Positions 35,179-47,603 of a stretch of DNA of 64,000 nucleotides are shown here, piece by piece. Source of the DNA: Eubacteriales bacterium (GTDB taxonomy: Bacteria > Bacillota > Clostridia > Christensenellales > CAG-138); contig JAYFNY010000044.1 of the NCBI GenBank assembly GCA_034933205.1, positions 19,564 to 83,563 on the forward strand, written 5' to 3'. The stretch's first letter is position 1; every line of letters begins with the position of its first letter. Both the position numbers and the translations under genes were made by a program. The notes beneath the pieces were generated by a model. That model saw only the letters and a program-made list of their open reading frames with translations. It searched no databases and had not been told where the DNA came from.

Positions 35179-35807
35179 AATGCGCTCCTGCCTCCCTGTA
35201 GTAATTTTTCAATCAATTCGTCGTTTCGCGAAACCCGGCAGCGTTCAGCGGAAATGATATGCTCCGCTCTGGCGACGGCAAGATCGAGAATATCGTTTAC
35301 GACGACATAATCGTATTTGGTTACAAAGTCCATTTCCTGATAAGCGGTTTCGAATCGGCGTTCAATCGACTCGGACGATTCGGTGCCGCGGTGGATCAGG
35401 CGCGATTTCAGTTCGCTCATGGAAGGCGGCGCGATAAAGATCAGAACTGCGTCCGGATAGGCCGCTTTGACGCGCATAGCGCCATTTACGTCGATTTCCA
35501 AAATGACGCTCCGGCCTTCGGCCAGCTCCTGCTCGACAAAGCTCTTTGGCGTTCCGTAGTAATGCATATTGAATACATGCATGTACTCCAAAAAAGCGCC
35601 TTCATCGATCATCTTTCTGAACTCGTCTTCCGTTTTGAAGAAGTAATGAACGCCGTCGATTTCGCCTGGCCGCGGAGAACGCGTCGTTGCCGAAACCGAC
35701 ATGCGAATATCGCTGTTTCGTTCGATCAGGGTATTGTTGATGGTACCTTTGCCAACGCCGGCGGGGCCGGACACAACAAGCAGCAGGCCCTTTCTGGATT
35801 GTTTCAT
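35175..35807 (-). CDS. gmk: guanylate kinase
   Basis: Start at MKQSRKGLLLVVSGPAGVGKGT after GAGGAG plus 7 nt. TTRSPRPGE motif. Confidence 0.9.
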   Translation of the reverse strand: MKQSRKGLLLVVSGPAGVGKGTINNTLIERNSDIRMSVSATTRSPRPGEIDGVHYFFKTEDEFRKMIDEGAFLEYMHVFNMHYYGTPKSFVEQELAEGRSVILEIDVNGAMRVKAAYPDAVLIFIAPPSMSELKSRLIHRGTESSESIERRFETAYQEMDFVTKYDYVVVNDILDLAVARAEHIISAERCRVSRNDELIEKLLQGGRSAL

Positions 35808-35826
35808 AGGAGGTCTCCTCTTCTCG

Positions 35827-36090
35827 TCAGTCGTCCGCTTCGTCCGCTCTGGTATCAAGCCGGTTTGCGATGGTCTCCGGCTGAATAGCGGAAAGGATCA
35901 CATGATCGCTGTCCGTAATAACGACTGCGCGTGTGCGCCGACCACATGTCGCGTCGATCAGACGGCCGCTTTCGCGCGCTTCCTGAACAATGCGTTTGAT
36001 GGGCGCGGACTCGGGGCTGACAATCGCAATCAGACGGTCTGCAGAAACGATGTTGCCAAAGCCGATGTTCACAAGCCGCAGATTCATCAT
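35827..36090 (-). CDS. remA: RemA/DUF370 biofilm-matrix regulator
   Basis: [57 protein letters not shown] is close to B. subtilis RemA as recalled. Start follows AAGGAG plus 9 nt. Confidence 0.85.
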   Translation of the reverse strand: MMNLRLVNIGFGNIVSADRLIAIVSPESAPIKRIVQEARESGRLIDATCGRRTRAVVITDSDHVILSAIQPETIANRLDTRADEADD

Positions 36091-36177
36091 AACGTAGCGC
36101 TCCTTATCCATACTGGCAACGGCCAGGGTGCACGCTGTGAAAGAATCACAGCAAGTTTAAACCGAAAGTTTTAGGAT

Positions 36178-37053
36178 CTACTCGATGTTCTGCACTTGCT
36201 CGCGGATCTTTTCGATCTCCGCTTTACCAGTGAGAACCAACTTTGTCAGTTCGCCGTCGTTTGCCTTGGAGCCGATGGTATTGAACTCACGGTTCATCTC
36301 CTGCACGACGAAGTCAAGCTTTCGTCCGCTCGGCTCACTATCGGCAAGAAGGACCCTCATTTGCGCAATGTGGCTGCGAAGGCGCGTAATTTCTTCGTCG
36401 ATACTCGCTTTATCTGCGAAAATCGCAACTTCGGTTGCAAGCCGCGTGCGATCGACCTCAACGCTTCCGAGCAGAGATTGAATCCGTTCGTTCAGCTTCA
36501 CGCGGTATTCTTCCACAACGAGCGGAGCACGCTTTGAAATCTGTTCCGTCAGCGAAAGCACGGTGTCCGTGCAGTCGGTAAGATAGCCGCAAAGTCGCTC
36601 GCCTTCCTGCCGGCGCATAACGACCAGCGCGTCGATCGCACTGTTCATTGCGCATTGGAGAAGGGATAGAACCGCTTCCGAATCCTCGTCCGCTTCGCGA
36701 ACGTTGGAAACATCCGGCAGACGAAGCGCCGCCGTCAGGGAAAGATCGTCCCGCAGGCAAAGCGTTTCGTTCGCTTTCTGGGCGGCAGCGACAAATGCGG
36801 AAAGTAACGGCACGTCGATTTCGACGGATCTTGCGTCGCTGCGCAGGTTGCGATAGTTTACAAAAACGTCGATATGCCCGCGCGAGAGCCTGGCGGTTAA
36901 CGCGGCTCGAATCGCGTCCTCTAAAAATGAAAGATGACGGGGAAGCCGCATGCCGACATCCAGGTAGCGGTGATTCACACTTTTGAGTTCTACCGTTATC
37001 TCGCGTCCGTCGCCGGAAGCGCTTCCTTTTCCGTAGCCGGTCATGCTGAACAT
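36178..37053 (-). CDS. YicC-family stress-induced protein (putative endoribonuclease)
   Basis: MFSMTGYGKG N-terminus and the conserved C-terminal QEMNREFNTIGSK motif. Confidence 0.85.
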   Translation of the reverse strand: MFSMTGYGKGSASGDGREITVELKSVNHRYLDVGMRLPRHLSFLEDAIRAALTARLSRGHIDVFVNYRNLRSDARSVEIDVPLLSAFVAAAQKANETLCLRDDLSLTAALRLPDVSNVREADEDSEAVLSLLQCAMNSAIDALVVMRRQEGERLCGYLTDCTDTVLSLTEQISKRAPLVVEEYRVKLNERIQSLLGSVEVDRTRLATEVAIFADKASIDEEITRLRSHIAQMRVLLADSEPSGRKLDFVVQEMNREFNTIGSKANDGELTKLVLTGKAEIEKIREQVQNIE

Positions 37054-37094
37054 AAAGCAGTTACCCCCAAGTCGCAATTACAAATTATAGCATG

Positions 37095-38069
37095 CTACGC
37101 GCGATCGTACAAGCGATAGATTTCATCCGCATGAGGTTCTTCCAGTAAAACGGTGCCTGTGAAACTGGTTTTTCCCTCAATTGCGCGGCCGATGATCCGG
37201 GAGGGAATGCCTTCGGAATGGAGCGCTGCGCAAAGGCGCGCGCCGTTTTCGCAGGCGATCAGGAGACTTCCGCTGCCAATCAGGCGCAGCGGATTGAGAG
37301 AAAGAGCGTCACATATGACACGGGTCTCCTCGCGAACAGGAACTTCCGTTGGATCGATATTGACCGCGCAGCTGTTTGCATATCCGAGTTCCCATGCCGC
37401 GCCGAGAACGCCGCCCTCCGTGACGTCGTGCATGGCTGTCGCGCCGGAGCGCATAGCGACTTTACTCTCGGCAACAATGCTCAACTGACTGGATAATGCG
37501 CGCGCGGAAGCGAGAATCGAACTTGAAACATTGGCAAGACGAGCCGAAAAATCTTCCGCGAGGATCGCGGTACCCTCGATAGCGGCCCATTTCGTCATTA
37601 CGATCTCGTCGCCTGGCCGCATACCGCGAAGGACGTTTCCGCGCGGCTGCCGTGCGATAACCGTGGCGCTGGTAACCGGCCGGACAACCGAATCCGTTAC
37701 TTCGGTATGTCCGCCGAGAATGTCCACATTGGCGAGCTGGGCCGCAAAGGCGAGATCGTCCGAAATACGTGAAATTTCCTCCATGCTTCCTGTCGGCGGC
37801 ATAAGGAGCGTAACCAGGAGACCTACCGGCTCCGCACCCGCCGCCGCGGCGTCGTTGCAGCTTACATGAACGGTAAGCCTTCCGAGATGTGCAATGCCGG
37901 CGGACGTAATCGGGTCGCAGCTTAGAACAACAAGATCACCGCCAAGATCCAGCATGGCGCAGTCCTGGCCGATGGTGGGGGAGGATAATGATTCCGGACG
38001 TACGCGCTGGAATTTCTTCAGCACGAGCCGTTCGAGATCGTCGTTATCGAGTTTACCAAGTCGTAACAT
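37095..38069 (-). CDS. AIR-synthase-related (PurM/ThiL/HypE superfamily) protein, function unknown
   Basis: 324 aa. N-terminal GQDCAMLD...DPIT and GGHT motifs of the PurM-like fold. No HypE C-terminal Cys motif and no SelD Cys/Sec motif. Confidence 0.6.
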   Translation of the reverse strand: MLRLGKLDNDDLERLVLKKFQRVRPESLSSPTIGQDCAMLDLGGDLVVLSCDPITSAGIAHLGRLTVHVSCNDAAAAGAEPVGLLVTLLMPPTGSMEEISRISDDLAFAAQLANVDILGGHTEVTDSVVRPVTSATVIARQPRGNVLRGMRPGDEIVMTKWAAIEGTAILAEDFSARLANVSSSILASARALSSQLSIVAESKVAMRSGATAMHDVTEGGVLGAAWELGYANSCAVNIDPTEVPVREETRVICDALSLNPLRLIGSGSLLIACENGARLCAALHSEGIPSRIIGRAIEGKTSFTGTVLLEEPHADEIYRLYDRA

Positions 38070-38093
38070 GTGTGATTCTATTCTCCAATTTCA

Positions 38094-40118
<2,025 letters not shown>

Positions 40119-40126
40119 TCAATCAA

Positions 40127-42367
40127 CTAGATCACTTCAATTGGGGCAAACGCTGCGGCAAACTTTTTGTTTGCACCATTGTCAAAGGCAATTTCAACGA
40201 TAGAGGATGCGCCGTTGCCGTTGACCGAAAGCACGGTGCCTTCTCCGAACGATTTGTGGCGAACGCGCTGACCCGGCGAATAGGAGACGTCCTTGGAAAT
40301 CGGAATCGGTTTTTCAGCAGGAGTTCCCGTGTTTCGCCGGATCGAAGGCTGCGAAGCATTCTGTCCGCCGCCTTTCAGGGCGTGAACGGAGATACCGAAC
40401 GCTTGCTGTGGCGCGGTTCCTTTGATCTGGGCGGGTTTCGGCGCGGGCTTGGCCTCGGCCGGAAGGGCTTCTTCCAATTCGGTTAAGAAACGGGAAGGGA
40501 GAGCGGGGGTAATTTTGCCATAAAGGAGCCTCTGCTTGGCAAAGGAAAGGTAGAGTTTTTCCCGTGCGCGCGTAATTCCGACGTAACAGAGCCGGCGCTC
40601 CTCTTCGAGCTTGTCCGGCTCATAGATGGATTGCATGGAGGGAAACAGACCATCTTCCAAACCGCAAAGGAATACATAGGGGAATTCGAGACCCTTGGCA
40701 CTGTGCAGCGTCATCATGGAAACGCGGCCGTTCTGCTCGTCCACGTCGTCCGCGGCGGAGAACAGGGCTACATTCTCGAGAAAAGCCGAAAGGACGTCCA
40801 CCTTGGTTTCGTCCAGCGACTCTGTAAATTCGCGGATATAACCGACGAACTCCTTCACGATATCCGCGCGGGCCTCGTAGTTTTCCTTTCGGTCGGCCTG
40901 CAGGTATGCGTCGTAACCGATCACCTCCAGCAGATATTCCACCACATCCGGAAACGAACGAACGCCGAACTGCTGGTAAACGTTTGAGAGCATTTCGGCA
41001 AATGCAAAAAGCTTTTCACGCGCCGCCTTGGAAACGTCTCCTTCCTGAAGTTGCAGGATCGCGTGCAGAAGCGGCTGCGTGCGTGCGGTGGCAAACGATT
41101 GAAGCGCTTCGACCGACGTGTCGCCGATCCCGCGGCGAGGCACATTGATTACGCGAAGAAACGCAATATCGTCCGCCGAGTTTTGCAAAAGGCGCAGGTA
41201 AGCAACGATGTCCTTGACTTCCGCTCGCTGGAAAAACGACGTGCCGCCGTAAACGCGATAGGGGATATCATAGCTTTGCAGATACATTTCAATAACGCGG
41301 CTCTGGGCGTGCGTTCGGTAGAGAATCGCGTAATCGTCGTATCTGCGTTCGCCGTAACGCGCACCTTCGAGGATACGGTTGCAGATGCGGTTCGCTTCGT
41401 CCCGCTCATCCATCGCTTCGTATACATCGATTGGTTCGCCGCCCTGTTTCTCGGTCCAAAGAGCCTTCTTTTTTCGGGAACGATTGTTGGAGATTACGAT
41501 GTTTGCGGCATTGAGGATGATCTCCGTCGAGCGGTAATTCTGCTCGAGCCGGATAACCGCCGCTCCGGGGAAATCTTTTTCAAACTCCAGAATATTGCGG
41601 ATGTCCGCGCCGCGCCAGCCGTAAATGCTCTGATCGTCGTCGCCTACCACACAGATATTGCGGTGCTCGGAAGCGAGCATTTGGACAATATGATACTGAA
41701 CGAGGTTCGTATCCTGGTATTCGTCCACGAGAATATAGCGAAACTTCCGGCGGTATTTCTCCAGCACGTCCGGAAAGCGGACGAAAAGCTGAAGCGTAAG
41801 AAGAAGCAGGTCGTCGAAATCTAACGCGTTGCACTGCTTGAGCTGATTTTGATACGCAACGTACGCGCGGATAATCTCCTTATTCGCATAGGAATCGCGA
41901 AAGAACTCCAACGCGTCGAGCGAGTGGTTCTTCGCCTCGGAGATGCGGCTGGAAAGCTCGCGCGGCGTAAACATTTTTTCGTTGATATTCAGATCGCGAA
42001 TAATCTTTTTCAGCAGAGACTGCTGATCTGCGTCGTCGTAGATGACGAATGTGCGCTCATACCCGAGCGCTTCGATCTCGCTTCTGAGAATGCGCGCACA
42101 GCAGGAGTGGAACGTCATGACCCACATGTCGTTGACCCCGGTGCCAACGAGCTTGCTGACGCGTTCGCGCATTTCTCCGGCTGCTTTATTGGTAAATGTC
42201 AGCGCCAGGATGCTCCACGGAGCGACGTTTTTTTCCTGGATCAGGTATGCGATGCGGTGCGTTAGTACGCGCGTTTTCCCGCTGCCCGCGCCGGCAAGGA
42301 CCAGGAGCGGTCCTTCGGTCGTCTGCACTGCCTCGCGCTGCTTTTCGTTGAGTTTCGATAAATCCAT
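40127..42367 (-). CDS. pcrA: ATP-dependent DNA helicase PcrA (UvrD family)
   Basis: Start at MDLSKLNEKQREAV after GGGGGA. AGAGSGKT and DEYQDTN motifs, C-terminal Tudor-like GQRVRHKSFGEGTV. The upstream 42 codons of the track ORF have no support. Confidence 0.9.
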   Translation of the reverse strand: MDLSKLNEKQREAVQTTEGPLLVLAGAGSGKTRVLTHRIAYLIQEKNVAPWSILALTFTNKAAGEMRERVSKLVGTGVNDMWVMTFHSCCARILRSEIEALGYERTFVIYDDADQQSLLKKIIRDLNINEKMFTPRELSSRISEAKNHSLDALEFFRDSYANKEIIRAYVAYQNQLKQCNALDFDDLLLLTLQLFVRFPDVLEKYRRKFRYILVDEYQDTNLVQYHIVQMLASEHRNICVVGDDDQSIYGWRGADIRNILEFEKDFPGAAVIRLEQNYRSTEIILNAANIVISNNRSRKKKALWTEKQGGEPIDVYEAMDERDEANRICNRILEGARYGERRYDDYAILYRTHAQSRVIEMYLQSYDIPYRVYGGTSFFQRAEVKDIVAYLRLLQNSADDIAFLRVINVPRRGIGDTSVEALQSFATARTQPLLHAILQLQEGDVSKAAREKLFAFAEMLSNVYQQFGVRSFPDVVEYLLEVIGYDAYLQADRKENYEARADIVKEFVGYIREFTESLDETKVDVLSAFLENVALFSAADDVDEQNGRVSMMTLHSAKGLEFPYVFLCGLEDGLFPSMQSIYEPDKLEEERRLCYVGITRAREKLYLSFAKQRLLYGKITPALPSRFLTELEEALPAEAKPAPKPAQIKGTAPQQAFGISVHALKGGGQNASQPSIRRNTGTPAEKPIPISKDVSYSPGQRVRHKSFGEGTVLSVNGNGASSIVEIAFDNGANKKFAAAFAPIEVI

Positions 42368-42476
42368 TTCGTTCCCCCAATAATCGTTCACGATATTATA
42401 ACATAGCGGGATGGTGTGTTTGAACCCGGAAAGTGACGAAAATGAAAAGAACAAATGTGTGCATCGTTTACGCTTC

Positions 42477-42505
42477 TTTACGCGCCTGTACAATTCTGTT
42501 ATAAT
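42477..42505 (+). promoter_or_regulatory. promoter TTTACG-17-(TGt)TATAAT exactly 6 nt upstream of the rdgB ATG
   Basis: tgttataat-ctgccc-ATG, no SD present. Confidence 0.5.
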
Positions 42506-42511
42506 CTGCCC

Positions 42512-43108
42512 ATGAAATTGATCTTAGCGACGAATAATGCGCATAAGGTGCGCGAAATCTCCGAAATACTGAGCTCCGACTTTCCGGATATGCAGACGCT
42601 GAAGCAAGCGGGACTTGATATTGACGTGGTGGAGGACGGGGACACATTTCAGGCCAACGCGATCAAGAAGGCGGAAACGGTGTTGAAAGAATCCGGCTTT
42701 CCCGCTGCGCTTGCGGACGACAGCGGGCTGATTGTGGACGCGTTGAATGGCGCGCCGGGTGTGTACAGCGCGCGGTATGCCGGCGAAGGGCATAACGACG
42801 CGGAAAACAATGCGAAACTGATGCGCGATATGGAAAACGTACCTTGGGGAAACCGCTCTTGCCGGTTTGCGTCCGCCGTTGCGCTTGCGCGGCAGGGTAA
42901 GGAAACGATCTGCGTGCTGGGAACCGTAGAGGGCGTTTTGCTAAACGAAGCGCATGGTAAAAACGGCTTCGGTTATGATCCTTACTTCTTCTATCCGCCG
43001 CTGAATCGATCGTTTGCCGAGCTTAGCGCCAAAGAAAAAAATTCGGTCAGCCACCGTAAACGTGCGCTGGAAGCGCTGAAAGTGGAATTGGAGAAGGAAA
43101 CGGTATGA
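42512..43108 (+). CDS. rdgB: XTP/dITP diphosphatase (Ham1/RdgB)
   Basis: MKLILATNNAHKVREI, DDSGL, FGYDPYF, SHR motifs. Confidence 0.9.
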   Translation: MKLILATNNAHKVREISEILSSDFPDMQTLKQAGLDIDVVEDGDTFQANAIKKAETVLKESGFPAALADDSGLIVDALNGAPGVYSARYAGEGHNDAENNAKLMRDMENVPWGNRSCRFASAVALARQGKETICVLGTVEGVLLNEAHGKNGFGYDPYFFYPPLNRSFAELSAKEKNSVSHRKRALEALKVELEKETV

Positions 43109-43575
43109 CCCGCGTTGCGGTGGTTGCGGATACGCATCATTCGTTCCGCTGGCTCCCTCTTGCGGCGGAGCGGCTTGGAAAAGTCGATCTGCTGTTTCAT
43201 CTTGGAGATTTTTGTGCGGATGCGGAAACGGTTTCCAGAGAACTTGGCGGCATTCCGTATGACGTCGTTCGAGGAAACAACGACGCGTTCAGCACGGAGC
43301 CAAAGGTGCGATTTGAGTATGTGGAAAACGCAAGGATCATGCTGACGCACGGCGATGAATTTTATAATACCTATCACCTGGCGATGCGTGCGGAAGAGAA
43401 CCACTGTTCTGCGGTGCTGTTCGGACATACGCATATTCCGCTTTTACAGGCAAGCGGAAATATTCTGATTCTAAATCCGGGCAGTTTATCCCTGCCGCGA
43501 CGGGGAAGCAAGCCTTCCTGTGCGTTGCTTGAAGTAGAGGGGAAGGATATCAATATTACCATGATCTCCCTGTAG
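43105..43575 (+). CDS. YfcE/MJ0936-family metallophosphoesterase
   Basis: 156 aa. ADTHH, LGD, GNND, GHTH motifs. ATG overlaps the rdgB stop. Confidence 0.8.
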   Translation: MTRVAVVADTHHSFRWLPLAAERLGKVDLLFHLGDFCADAETVSRELGGIPYDVVRGNNDAFSTEPKVRFEYVENARIMLTHGDEFYNTYHLAMRAEENHCSAVLFGHTHIPLLQASGNILILNPGSLSLPRRGSKPSCALLEVEGKDINITMISL

Positions 43576-43650
43576 AACCCGTCAAGAAACAGCCTTCCGA
43601 AACAGGGAGGGCGAAGATGTCAACTGAAAATAATATCCTTCTATGACACG

Positions 43651-43690
43651 AAAAAAGCAGCCTCCCGTTTTGTTTGGGAGGCTGTTGTGT
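43651..43690. terminator. hairpin terminator between convergent yfcE-like gene and scpB
   Basis: gcagcctccc-gttttgttt-gggaggctg, with an A-run upstream (T-run on the minus strand). Confidence 0.7.
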
Positions 43691-43699
43691 GCTTCCTTG

Positions 43700-44266
43700 C
43701 TAAACGGAAGGGATTTCTTCGGCGGACTCTTCAAGAATATCGTGGGAGTAAAACGAAAAATCCGGCATTTCATCGACGCAGTGGACTCCGAACTGGCGAA
43801 GAAACTTATCCGTGGTTCCAAAGAGCGCGGGATGCCCGACCACATCTTTCCGACCGACTTCCACGATCAGACCGAGCCGAATCAGCTGCGTTACCGCGTA
43901 GTCACAGCGAACGCCGCGGACATGCTCTACGTCCGAGCGCGTAACCGGCTGTCGATATGCGACTACCGCGAGCGTTTCGAGCAGCGATTGGGAGACGCTT
44001 TTGGTTTCATCGGGGCTTAGTAATTGCTTTACCTCTTCGATGTACTCGCGGTTGCTGACGAGCTGTGCGGTATCCGACGTAACGAATAACTGAATCCCGC
44101 GCCCTTCGTTGCGATAGAGCTGCTCCATCTCGCTCAGCGCGCCTTTCGCGACAGCAAGCGAACAATCCAATACGCGCGCTAACTCAGTAATAGCCACCGG
44201 ATCGCCCGCGACGAAAAGCATGCATTCGATTTTGTGAAAAAAAGTGTGATCTTCCATAATTTTCAA
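43700..44266 (-). CDS. scpB: segregation and condensation protein B
   Basis: 188 aa. IECMLFVAGDPV and LETLAVVAYRQPVTRSDVEHVRGV motifs. Confidence 0.85.
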   Translation of the reverse strand: MKIMEDHTFFHKIECMLFVAGDPVAITELARVLDCSLAVAKGALSEMEQLYRNEGRGIQLFVTSDTAQLVSNREYIEEVKQLLSPDETKSVSQSLLETLAVVAYRQPVTRSDVEHVRGVRCDYAVTQLIRLGLIVEVGRKDVVGHPALFGTTDKFLRQFGVHCVDEMPDFSFYSHDILEESAEEIPSV

Positions 44267-44308
44267 GCGTCGTCCGGCCGATTTGGCTGAAAGAACGGTA
44301 CGATCGCG

Positions 44309-45073
44309 TTAGTCCTCCGATTCGTCCATATAGGCATAACTGTCGTCATCGAGAAGCAGCTTGTCCGCACTGATGCGGATCGGCGCAAACGGGGCCTTCT
44401 GCTTCAATAGGATTTCGCCGCGCGCAATCATCTCCAGTAGCGCCATAAACGTCACAATAATTTCCATTCGTTCCGCTTCCGGAGCGAAGAGTTCCTCAAA
44501 CGTGACGGCGTCTTTTTCGGAAAGAATGAAACGGATACGGCTCGTCTGAGAACGAACCGTATAGCGATCGGGGCTCACGTGCTGGGACCGGATGATTTCG
44601 GGCGCGTCTTTCTTTCGGGCAAGCATCTCAAGAAACGCTGAAAAGAGACCATCCATTGTCGCGCCGTCAAGCGCGATCTCTTTCGGTGGCAGCGGGACAT
44701 CCTCCGGCAGACGTGTGCAGCAGCCCTTTGCGCTTTCAAACAACAACTTCAGCTTCTCGCTCGCTTCCTTAAATGCCTTATAGTCGCGAAGCTGGCGGAT
44801 CAGCAGCTCTTCCGGGTTTTCTTCCTCTTCGTCCTCCCTGGGCGGACGGGGCAGGAGCTGTCGGGATTTGATGTACAGCAACGTTGCGGCCATCGTTAAA
44901 AACTCGCTGGCCGTGTCCATATCCAGTTCGTCCAGCTGACCCATAAAGGAAAGATACTGCGCGGTAATTTCAGAAACGAAGATGTCTTTCACATCCACCT
45001 CGGCTTCTTCAATCAAGTGCAGCAGCAGATCAAGAGGGCCTTCAAATTGAGAAAGTTGTACGGTATACGGCAT
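44309..45073 (-). CDS. scpA: segregation and condensation protein A (kleisin)
   Basis: 254 aa. FEGPLDLLLHLI N-terminus, FMALLEM C-terminal winged helix. Confidence 0.85.
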   Translation of the reverse strand: MPYTVQLSQFEGPLDLLLHLIEEAEVDVKDIFVSEITAQYLSFMGQLDELDMDTASEFLTMAATLLYIKSRQLLPRPPREDEEEENPEELLIRQLRDYKAFKEASEKLKLLFESAKGCCTRLPEDVPLPPKEIALDGATMDGLFSAFLEMLARKKDAPEIIRSQHVSPDRYTVRSQTSRIRFILSEKDAVTFEELFAPEAERMEIIVTFMALLEMIARGEILLKQKAPFAPIRISADKLLLDDDSYAYMDESED

Positions 45074-45093
45074 AATTTCCTAAAACGTGATTC

Positions 45094-45747
45094 TTAAAAC
45101 AGGTTAACAAACCATGCGGCCGCGGCAAAATAGCCGCTCATAATCCCGCTGACGAGATAACTGAGCACGGTGGAAACAATACCCGTTAAAAGCAGTATGA
45201 TCAGAATCCACTGCCCATACTGACGAAGAAACATAAAAAAGCGCGGAATTTTACGAACTAACAAGCTTTCGAGAACGTGCGAACCGTCCAGCGGATAAAT
45301 CGGAATCAAATTAAAAACCGCCAGCGCAAGATTGATCGTAATGATCGATCCGAAAATGCTGATAAACGCGGTGTTCGCGCCAAGCCCCCATTTGAGCACG
45401 CCAGCAACGTAGATAAACGTAAAAAGAAACGCCGTGATGAGGTTCATAAATATGCCCGCCAGCGAAACGATGATATCGTCACGTTTGTAATTCTTAAAAT
45501 TGCGCGGGTTGATGGGAACCGGTTTCGCCCAGCCGAAGCCGACGAGAAGCAGCATGATAAACCCGAACGGATCGATATGCGCAAGCGGGTTGAGCGTCAT
45601 GCGGCCCAGATTGCGCGCGGTGGGATCGCCGAGACGATATGCGGCATAAGCGTGCGCCCACTCGTGTACGGTCAATCCGATGAGAATCGCCGGCAGAGCA
45701 TAGAGCAACTGCAGCGGGTTTTGAAAGAGCTGTGCGATACGAGACAA
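45094..45747 (-). CDS. site-2 protease family (peptidase M50) membrane protein
   Basis: HEWAHAYAA (HExxH) and NLIPIYPLDG motifs. Start tentatively the TTG at 45747, 10 nt after AGGAG. The track ORF extends 35 codons further without a signal. Confidence 0.7.
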   Translation of the reverse strand: MSRIAQLFQNPLQLLYALPAILIGLTVHEWAHAYAAYRLGDPTARNLGRMTLNPLAHIDPFGFIMLLLVGFGWAKPVPINPRNFKNYKRDDIIVSLAGIFMNLITAFLFTFIYVAGVLKWGLGANTAFISIFGSIITINLALAVFNLIPIYPLDGSHVLESLLVRKIPRFFMFLRQYGQWILIILLLTGIVSTVLSYLVSGIMSGYFAAAAWFVNLF

Positions 45748-45896
45748 AATCGCCGATCTCCTAACATCATAAGATGCTGTTATTATACGGGAAGAATGGG
45801 AGGAGCGCAAGAAAGCAAAAAGCGGAGGCTTGTTTCTCCACAGAGTGTTCACAATAGAGGCGGCATGGATACGGCATGAAAACGCCGTTCAGACGA

Positions 45897-47591
45897 TCAC
45901 CGGTCCGCGCGCAGAGAGGATACAAGAGCGGGATCCGGCGTTACATAGAGCGTACGGTTCGTGCTGTAAATCACCATACCGGGACGAGCGCCGGAAGGTT
46001 TTTTCACAAATTTCCTTGGCGTGTAATCCACAGGTACGTTGGCGGAGGCGCGCGATTGCGAGTAATAAGCGGCAAGTGACGCCGCTTCCCGCAAGGTCGT
46101 TTCCGGGGGTTCGCCGGAGTACTCGATAATAACGTGGGATCCGGGGACATTTTTCGCGTGCATCCAGATGTTTTCCGCACGCGCGAACTGAAGCGTCAGT
46201 TCATCGTTCTGACGGTTATTTTTTCCAACGTAAATCGGGACTCCATCGCTGGAAAGAAACCGCATGGGCGCGGAAGACTTATTTGCCGGTTTTGCCGACT
46301 GCGCTCTTTCAGGCCGTATATATTTTTCGCGGATCAATTCCTCACGGATTTCGTTTAGTTCGTAAAGCGTTTCGCACTTATCAATGTTTTCGAGCTGGCC
46401 TTCCAAATAAGCGATTTCTTCGCCGAGAAAGCCGATCTGACTTTCCGCATAAGCTTTCCCAAGCTTACCCTTGCGATACTGCTTGAAATACCTTCTCGCG
46501 TTCTCCTGCGCACTGAAGGCGGGGTTCAAAGGTACGGCTCGCTTCACCGGTGGTTCAGCAAAATAGTCGTCGAGAATCAATTCGCTTTGCCCCGGTTTGG
46601 CAAGGTGTAAATTAGCCAGAATCAATTCTCCGTTCAGTCGCAGTGTTTCATTCTGGTCGGATTGGTTAATGGTATCCCAGAATGCGGCGTACTTATTTTG
46701 CGTGCGTCCGAGCGCAGTTGAGATTGTGTGGCGCAGCGCGGCGCTGTGGCGGCGAATACGAATACTCAGATCACGCCCGGAATAGTAATGGTCCAGCGCC
46801 TCGCTCATGGATTCGTATGGTTCGATACGGGAATACATATCATGCGGAAGAAACGGCAGTACGGCAACAGGTTCACCTTCGCCATCGTAAACAAGACAGG
46901 GGGCATAGACGCCGGCTTTCATACTTTGAATCAGCGAGAAAAGTGCGTCGCCGGTCGGCGCGGCCGAGAGCAATGCCGTTGCGGTCCGCTTCGAAATTCC
47001 GTTGAACGCGGCAACCATACCGCGTATTGGTTCCGGCAACAAAAGAATTCGGGCGAATTCCTCCACCCCTGCGGTAAACGGATCGAGCTTATCCTGCGCG
47101 GGTATCGGTTCATAAGGGAACCCGGGTAGAAGGATTCTTGTTGTATCGTCATTTGCCGAAACACGATGCAGACAGTCCACGACCGCACCGCTTGGGTCCA
47201 GCAGAAGAAAATTCGCATGTTTTCCGGCTAGTTCAATAATGATGCGCAACGCAATTTCGTCAAAGAATTCGTTTCGCGACAGAACGATGATCTCGCAAAC
47301 ACGATCTGCGCCAAGTTGGCGGATCGAATAAATACGCCCTCCAGAAATTCTGCGGCGAAGAAGCATACAGAAAGAGGGAGCGTTAAGAGGATTATCAAAA
47401 GTGCGGTCGGTAAGTTGTATGCGCCCGGTTTCGGGATGTGTGGATATCAGCAACTTTCGATTTCCGGTGTTCGTTCTTACTGAAAAAAGCAGCAAGTCCT
47501 TTTCAGGTTGCTGCACCTTATCGATCTTGCCGCCAACAAGCAATTGACACTCCGATAGAACCGCGCTGAGCGCGAGACCGTCCATGGCCAT
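45897..47591 (-). CDS. rqcH: NFACT-family ribosome quality control protein (RqcH / FbpA-like)
   Basis: 564 aa. NFACT-N (MDGLALSAV...KIDKVQQP), coiled-coil middle region, NFACT-R (WMHAKNVPGSHVII). Confidence 0.85.
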   Translation of the reverse strand: MAMDGLALSAVLSECQLLVGGKIDKVQQPEKDLLLFSVRTNTGNRKLLISTHPETGRIQLTDRTFDNPLNAPSFCMLLRRRISGGRIYSIRQLGADRVCEIIVLSRNEFFDEIALRIIIELAGKHANFLLLDPSGAVVDCLHRVSANDDTTRILLPGFPYEPIPAQDKLDPFTAGVEEFARILLLPEPIRGMVAAFNGISKRTATALLSAAPTGDALFSLIQSMKAGVYAPCLVYDGEGEPVAVLPFLPHDMYSRIEPYESMSEALDHYYSGRDLSIRIRRHSAALRHTISTALGRTQNKYAAFWDTINQSDQNETLRLNGELILANLHLAKPGQSELILDDYFAEPPVKRAVPLNPAFSAQENARRYFKQYRKGKLGKAYAESQIGFLGEEIAYLEGQLENIDKCETLYELNEIREELIREKYIRPERAQSAKPANKSSAPMRFLSSDGVPIYVGKNNRQNDELTLQFARAENIWMHAKNVPGSHVIIEYSGEPPETTLREAASLAAYYSQSRASANVPVDYTPRKFVKKPSGARPGMVIYSTNRTLYVTPDPALVSSLRADR

Positions 47592-47603
47592 AGGGAATTT
47601 TCG

